Shown here piece after piece: positions 15,820 through 20,000 of a DNA stretch of 20,000 bases. The stretch lies in the IMG/VR virus record IMGVR_UViG_3300031612_000006, one strand, 5' to 3'. The stretch is from an uncultured virus (IMG/VR IMGVR_UViG_3300031612_000006) (Duplodnaviria; Heunggongvirae; Uroviricota; Caudoviricetes; Crassvirales). Within the stretch, counting starts at the first letter, position 1; every line of letters begins with the position of its first letter. The translations under genes were made by a program, and so were the position numbers. The notes under the pieces were generated by a model, which saw nothing but the letters and a program-made list of their open reading frames with translations, was not told where the DNA came from and did not search any database.

Positions 15820-16160
15820 TAGGCATGGGTGACGCTGTTAAACCCAAATAATGAGAGCTACAGAGTGCGAGCCTGCAAAACCAAACCTCTCAGCCTATCC
15901 CTTAAAGTTAAAACATCTATGATTGCCCTCACCTGTAAAGGTTAGTAGCAGACTGCAGTTAGCAAAAGAAGCTGTAGATGGAGTTCTTGACGAAGAACAT
16001 AACTTTTAATATTGCAAGCCCTATTTCATGGATAGGCTTAGGTTCTCTGCACCTAAAACCCCAAGCATCTTAGAAAGCTATCGCTGAGAACGCAAAAGGA
16101 TAGCACTATTAAGATGCTCTATGAGAGTTATAAAGAAGTCAGTATCTCTGACTCATCTTA
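15820..16160 (+). ncRNA. Putative large structured non-coding RNA/leader C
   Basis: No ORF in the track. Nested helices: 15852-57/15887-92, 15892-900/16030-38, 15904-10/16000-06, 15914-19/15975-80, 15983-98, 16064-73/16109-18, 16077-82/16099-104 and 16137-53. Confidence 0.55.
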
Positions 16161-16165
16161 AATAT

Positions 16166-16208
16166 GAAACAGATGGTCTATAGAGAGGTTCGATTCCTCT
16201 CTGTTTCA
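16166..16208 (+). ncRNA. tRNA-like mini element (acceptor stem + T-arm, no anticodon arm)
   Basis: GAAACAG-ATGGTCTATAG-AGAGG-TTCGATT-CCTCT-CTGTTTC-A. Confidence 0.65.
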
Positions 16209-16231
16209 CTAACCAAACTAAATAGAAAGCT

Positions 16232-16411
16232 ATGGCTGGATTAGTAAATGCTCGTAAAGAGCGCAAAGAAGTGCTTAGAGAAGAAGCACAAGAAAGACAA
16301 GAGTATTACAATAACATTGTAAGCACTGAAGCAGGTATCCTACGTGTCATGGAAACTTGTGGAGCTAAGCAAAAAGCTAAGCTTCAAAAGAAACTACTTA
16401 AATTGAAGTAA
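16232..16411 (+). CDS. Small basic helical protein (59 aa)
   Basis: Manual translation MAGLVNARKERKEVLREEAQERQEYYNNIVSTEAGILRVMETCGAKQKAKLQKKLLKLK. The stop is 1 nt before the next ATG. Confidence 0.75.
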   Translation: MAGLVNARKERKEVLREEAQERQEYYNNIVSTEAGILRVMETCGAKQKAKLQKKLLKLK

Positions 16412-16412
16412 G

Positions 16413-17249
16413 ATGGCAAAAGTTACTATCACAAAGACAATGGTAATCCAACGAATCGTAAAGAACCTACAAAAAGAAAAGGTTTACGTTACGAGGTTGG
16501 GTAAACAAATCATCCCAAAAGATGAGAACGACTTACCACCACGAATGAAGCTTACTAGCTATGACGGTGTTAATAATCCTGAATACAGAAAGGCTCACCA
16601 ACAAATATATTACGAGTTGAGAACTAAACCTTCTAGAAATAAAAGAAAGGTGAAGATTAAAATATCAAAAACACAAATATACGAGGGTATACTAAGTCTG
16701 TACAAGAAAGATGAAGTGCTTGTAGATGTCAAAGGTAAAATGGTTATACCTATAACCATAAATGAACTACCAAAAGACGTGAAACAAACACATAGTCCTA
16801 CGTTTAAAAACATGTACCAAAGATTGTATTATAAGCAAAGCAGAAAAAACGACTCTGCTGCTGAATATAAGGCAGGTAGATGGAGTAAGGTTGAAGAACA
16901 AGACTTGAAGTCTATGTACTACGACTTAGCTACAGCAGGAGATATGTCTAGTAGATTGAATAGAACATCTCAAGCTGTTACACAGAAGTTATATGTACTA
17001 CGTAAGAATGGTGAGCTAGACGATAAAGTTAGCGAAACTCCAATTATGTTGGCAGAAACAATCCCAACACTCACTATCACTGAACCTACAATCAATGAGC
17101 CTATGGAGGCTTACAGACAAGTAGCTAGGACAGGTAGAGTAAGTGAAGATACATTCAGTAGCCTTGTTAACGAGTATGCGAAGTCATTTAAGATAACGCA
17201 CATGAGTAAGACACCCGAAGGGAGTATAACAGTTTACTGGGAGAAGTAA
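16413..17249 (+). CDS. Putative DNA-binding protein: duplicated N-terminal domain plus Myb/SANT-like HTH
   Basis: 278 aa. GRWSKVEEQDLKSMY...AGDMSSRLNRTSQAVTQKLYVL resembles a Myb-like/GcrA-like HTH, preceded by two ~70-aa repeats. Confidence 0.6.
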   Translation: MAKVTITKTMVIQRIVKNLQKEKVYVTRLGKQIIPKDENDLPPRMKLTSYDGVNNPEYRKAHQQIYYELRTKPSRNKRKVKIKISKTQIYEGILSLYKKDEVLVDVKGKMVIPITINELPKDVKQTHSPTFKNMYQRLYYKQSRKNDSAAEYKAGRWSKVEEQDLKSMYYDLATAGDMSSRLNRTSQAVTQKLYVLRKNGELDDKVSETPIMLAETIPTLTITEPTINEPMEAYRQVARTGRVSEDTFSSLVNEYAKSFKITHMSKTPEGSITVYWEK

Positions 17250-17407
17250 TGAGTAGTCTAGAATTTAATCTCGCACGCATAGAAGCTATGGGTAAGAGAA
17301 TAAAGGAATTAGAGGTAGCGTTAGACGAAGCTGTTGAATTGTTAGAGAAATCCTCGGACAATGTAGATAGGTTTGTGTTTGAGGCTAACAGAGAGCTTAA
17401 AAAGTAA
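17249..17407 (+). CDS. Small coiled-coil protein (52 aa)
   Basis: TAATG overlap with the upstream stop. MSSLEFNLARIEAMGKRIKELEVALDEAVELLEKSSDNVDRFVFEANRELKK. Confidence 0.7.
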   Translation: MSSLEFNLARIEAMGKRIKELEVALDEAVELLEKSSDNVDRFVFEANRELKK

Positions 17408-17415
17408 CAATATAT

Positions 17416-17449
17416 ACGACACACTTCGACTTAGGTTAGAGTGTGTCGT
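17416..17449 (+). other. Intergenic hairpin (terminator or processing stem)
   Basis: ACGACACACT/AGTGTGTCGT 10-bp stem with inner GAC-TTAG-GTT. No strong U tract. Confidence 0.6.
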
Positions 17450-17470
17450 TATGTATTAAAATACACAGTA

Positions 17471-18457
17471 ATGAAATTAAGAGTAATAACAGCTGTAGAG
17501 GCTGAAGAAAAATACGGTGAAGACTACGAGCATAGTATGGGATTCGCTTCAAGCGGTACAATGTCCTATTGCTTAGGTAGAGTCTTAGACCAAAGAGAGC
17601 TCACTGATTATCATAACTCTGTTAAGAATTCTAATCAAAAGTTCCATGTAGACAACAATGAATGGACTATAAGAACTAGAGATGTAGTGCCTGTATCGAC
17701 TCAACTATACATAAGAGATAGGAAGTGGTTTGAAGAGCACTATGGTAGGGTTGATTTCTGGGAAGCTTCTGGATGTATCTTTACAGATAACATGCTAGAC
17801 TTACTAGGTAGACCTTTGCGTGACGAGGATTATGCAAGAGTACTAAATAATATGAGTGAATGTAGAAATGTAGCCCCAATACACGGTTGGACTGTTGAGT
17901 TTCAGTGGCTTACAGATGTAGAACCACACAACAAGTTTAAGCCTTCGGATAAGAAATCATTCATGAAGTTTAACGAGATAGTTATACACCGTAATGATGT
18001 AGAAATCACTATCACTCAGCAACTCCCTGCAACATCTGGAGATATAGTCTACTTTATAGACGAAGAGAACGGAGAGACTGTCGAAGTACCTAAAGGCGAG
18101 ATAAATCCATCAACCGATGGAGCTACGTATGTAGTAAACGCACTTAATTCTAGGTTAATGATTAATGCAACAGGTGCAATCAACATTATACTTAAAAATA
18201 AAGGGTATGGAGACAACCATAAGTTCAATTTGTCTTACGACAATGTGAAATGCGATGACTTGGATAGCTTATTACATGCTATTTATGACATAAGAAACTT
18301 CACTAAGGAATATGAAGTAGCACTGTTCAATAACAGGGTTGCTAAGGTAAGTAAAGACTTAACTATTAACGACTTAAGATTAATTTCAGATGAATACAGA
18401 GAGATTCAAAGAGCTTCTCAAATCTTTAAAGTGGAAGCCGAAATATCTAACGACTAA
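17471..18457 (+). CDS. Hypothetical protein with tandem-duplicated N-terminal domain
   Basis: ATG at 17471 is preferred to GTG at 17441, which lies inside a hairpin. Repeats EE[KH]YG...M...LGRxL...WT[IV]. Confidence 0.75.
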   Translation: MKLRVITAVEAEEKYGEDYEHSMGFASSGTMSYCLGRVLDQRELTDYHNSVKNSNQKFHVDNNEWTIRTRDVVPVSTQLYIRDRKWFEEHYGRVDFWEASGCIFTDNMLDLLGRPLRDEDYARVLNNMSECRNVAPIHGWTVEFQWLTDVEPHNKFKPSDKKSFMKFNEIVIHRNDVEITITQQLPATSGDIVYFIDEENGETVEVPKGEINPSTDGATYVVNALNSRLMINATGAINIILKNKGYGDNHKFNLSYDNVKCDDLDSLLHAIYDIRNFTKEYEVALFNNRVAKVSKDLTINDLRLISDEYREIQRASQIFKVEAEISND

Positions 18458-18602
18458 ATCAGAGGACGGACATATGTTCGTCTTCCTAAGTCGTAAGAGA
18501 TACGAGGTATCCGAAACAGGAGACAAGATGATTCTAACCACAAGGGAAGGAAGAAGCCAACAAGCGGATAGATTATTCTATCAAAACAGAAAACTAACAT
18601 AG
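18390..18602 (+). CDS. Hypothetical protein (start uncertain)
   Basis: 70 aa, fills the gap before the amidotransferase and overlaps the upstream gene by 68 nt. Confidence 0.5.
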   Translation: MNTERFKELLKSLKWKPKYLTTKSEDGHMFVFLSRKRYEVSETGDKMILTTREGRSQQADRLFYQNRKLT

Positions 18603-18617
18603 TAAAGAACACAAGTT

Positions 18618-19580
18618 ATGTGCGGAATAGTAGCATACTCTGGTAAGAGTTTAAATATATCAAAAGTAATGTACCTATTAGATGAAAATGATTCTAGAGG
18701 TGGACATTCATCAGGATTGTACGTTGAGAACAACGAAGACAAGAAAATGTACAAGACACTGGAAACTTCAGGTAAACTGAATAGATTGATTGATGTTTCT
18801 GAAGTACAATTAGCGATTGGGCATACACGATATGCAACTCATGGTTTAAAGACTGCTGAGAACACACACCCTTACATGATAGGCTCTTACGTAGGCTGTC
18901 ATAATGGTGTGTTATCCAATTACAAGGACACTTCAGAGAAGTACGGTTTTACTCCCCCAGATGTAGATAGTAAAGCTATCTACGAGGCGTTAGTATCCAC
19001 CAATGATTACCAAACACTTGGTGAGCATGGTGGTACTATTAACGCTGTATGGACAGAGAATGACGGTAACCTGTATGTATACAGAAGAAACAACCCATTG
19101 TTTAGCCTAAGAACTGACGAGGGTATACTATTCTCTTCAATTAAGGCAGGTCTAACAGACCTAATGTCTGAAGGAGAGGAAGTATTAGAGGTTGAACCTA
19201 ATGTTATACATGTGTATGAGCAAGGTGTATTGATTAACAGCATTGATGTTAGCGTTACATTCATAGAGAAGAAAGGTACTGTAGTAAAGAACTGGACTGA
19301 CTATAAAGCGAAAGACACACAAGATGTGTGGAACACGTGGGATGCTGGAGCTGACTATGAAACTGCCAAGTATAATGCAGCGTATGTCTCTAAAGAAGAG
19401 AAAGCTGATTATTATATAGGACAGAGTACAGAGGAGATTCAGTGTCAAGCACTGCAAGATTTAATGTACAACGGAATCATAGACGAGACTCAAGAGACTG
19501 CTTTAGAGAAGTTGCTTGATGAGTTATATGATAAATCATACTTAGGTGCTCACACTAAAACAGAGAACATATATGAATAA
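18618..19580 (+). CDS. Class II (Ntn) glutamine amidotransferase, stand-alone
   Basis: N-terminal MCGI (catalytic Cys), plus RGGHSSG, IGHTRYATHG, NTHPY, HNGVLSN and VDS motifs. Confidence 0.92.
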   Translation: MCGIVAYSGKSLNISKVMYLLDENDSRGGHSSGLYVENNEDKKMYKTLETSGKLNRLIDVSEVQLAIGHTRYATHGLKTAENTHPYMIGSYVGCHNGVLSNYKDTSEKYGFTPPDVDSKAIYEALVSTNDYQTLGEHGGTINAVWTENDGNLYVYRRNNPLFSLRTDEGILFSSIKAGLTDLMSEGEEVLEVEPNVIHVYEQGVLINSIDVSVTFIEKKGTVVKNWTDYKAKDTQDVWNTWDAGADYETAKYNAAYVSKEEKADYYIGQSTEEIQCQALQDLMYNGIIDETQETALEKLLDELYDKSYLGAHTKTENIYE

Positions 19581-19746
19581 TCTAGAGAAACTACTGATAT
19601 TTATATCAGACGTGGAATTGATGGACGATATGACTACCTCCTTAGAGAGGTTAGTCGCTCGTTCTAATGGTAACAACTTAGTAGACGTAAGGTCTGTTAA
19701 GGCAAAACTAAAGAACATCAAGAAATTATGCCAAGAGAAACTTTAG
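19573..19746 (+). CDS. Small hypothetical protein
   Basis: ATG at 19573 overlaps the upstream stop region. MNNLEKLLIFISDVELMDD..., 57 aa. Confidence 0.6.
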   Translation: MNNLEKLLIFISDVELMDDMTTSLERLVARSNGNNLVDVRSVKAKLKNIKKLCQEKL

Positions 19747-20000
19747 ACTCTATATTAGAGCCAGACGTACAAGACGTACAAGAAGAGCAAGCCGTAGCGC
19801 TAGTGATTGAGCCGTTTATGTTCGAGATGGACTACGGTTCAGACATAGAGGTTGACCTGTCATCATTTGGTATATCCGAGATGTCAGAGGTATCACACCA
19901 CGAAGAAAGAGGCGAGCTTAGAGAGTACTTAGAAACCGAATATGAGATAGTATACTCAGAGAATGACGATTCAATGCATATAGAAGAATCGTTTGTATGT
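19728..20000 (+). CDS. Acidic protein, partial (runs off window end)
   Basis: Manual translation MPRETLDSILEPDVQDVQEEQAVALVIEPFMFEMDYGSDIEVDLSSFGISE..., open to the end of the window. Confidence 0.7.
   Translation, partial: MPRETLDSILEPDVQDVQEEQAVALVIEPFMFEMDYGSDIEVDLSSFGISEMSEVSHHEERGELREYLETEYEIVYSENDDSMHIEESFVC

Noticed and set aside
13249..16175. 12-bp inverted match CATCTGTTTCAT (13249) / ATGAAACAGATG (16164) as an invertible segment
   Set aside because: A single 12-mer match is about what chance gives in an AT-rich region of this size, and no recombinase is seen in the window.
13440..16210. Known self-cleaving ribozymes (hammerhead, twister, pistol, HDV-like theta)
   Set aside because: I could not find their conserved cores by eye (for example CUGANGA plus GAAA). 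An Infernal search is needed for a firm exclusion.
15780..16215. tmRNA or complete tRNA gene
   Set aside because: The acceptor stem closes locally within 43 nt, there is no anticodon arm, no G3-U alanine identity and no encoded CCA.
17941..17950. GCCTTCGGAT partial motif copy
   Set aside because: It lies inside a CDS, the hairpin is broken, and the TCCTCT and TTGCT blocks are missing.
1..20000. Stop-codon reassignment as in some crAss-like phages
   Set aside because: Long genes are intact in the standard code, and TAG ends several well-bounded ORFs (11798, 15494, 18602).

Overview
The window looks like part of a crAss-like (Crassvirales-type) Bacteroidota phage genome using the standard genetic code. 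Bases 1-12.8 kb on the minus strand carry the conserved virion module. In transcription order it runs: small basic proteins, putative TerS, terminase large subunit, portal, acidic scaffold-like protein, major capsid protein, three conserved structural genes, an IHF/HU-like gene, tail tubular protein and a partial tail stabilisation protein. This module has host-type Bacteroidota promoters (TAnnTTTG) and intrinsic terminators. After a strand switch at about 12.8-13.2 kb, the plus strand has a gene-poor, probably early region, followed by small and duplicated-domain ORFs and a class II glutamine amidotransferase. The main novelty lies at 13.2-16.2 kb: five co-oriented copies of a 30-bp motif (GCCTTCGGCT-N2/3-TCCTCT-N7-TTGCT) whose template strand forms a C-GAA-G triloop mini-hairpin, plus four more triloop hairpins on the same strand. 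These are candidate virion-RNA-polymerase promoters, by analogy with phage N4. They precede several hairpin-dense non-coding segments, including a pseudoknot and a 43-nt tRNA-elbow mimic. Protein family calls come from motif recognition and gene order, not database searches, and RNA structures were paired by eye.
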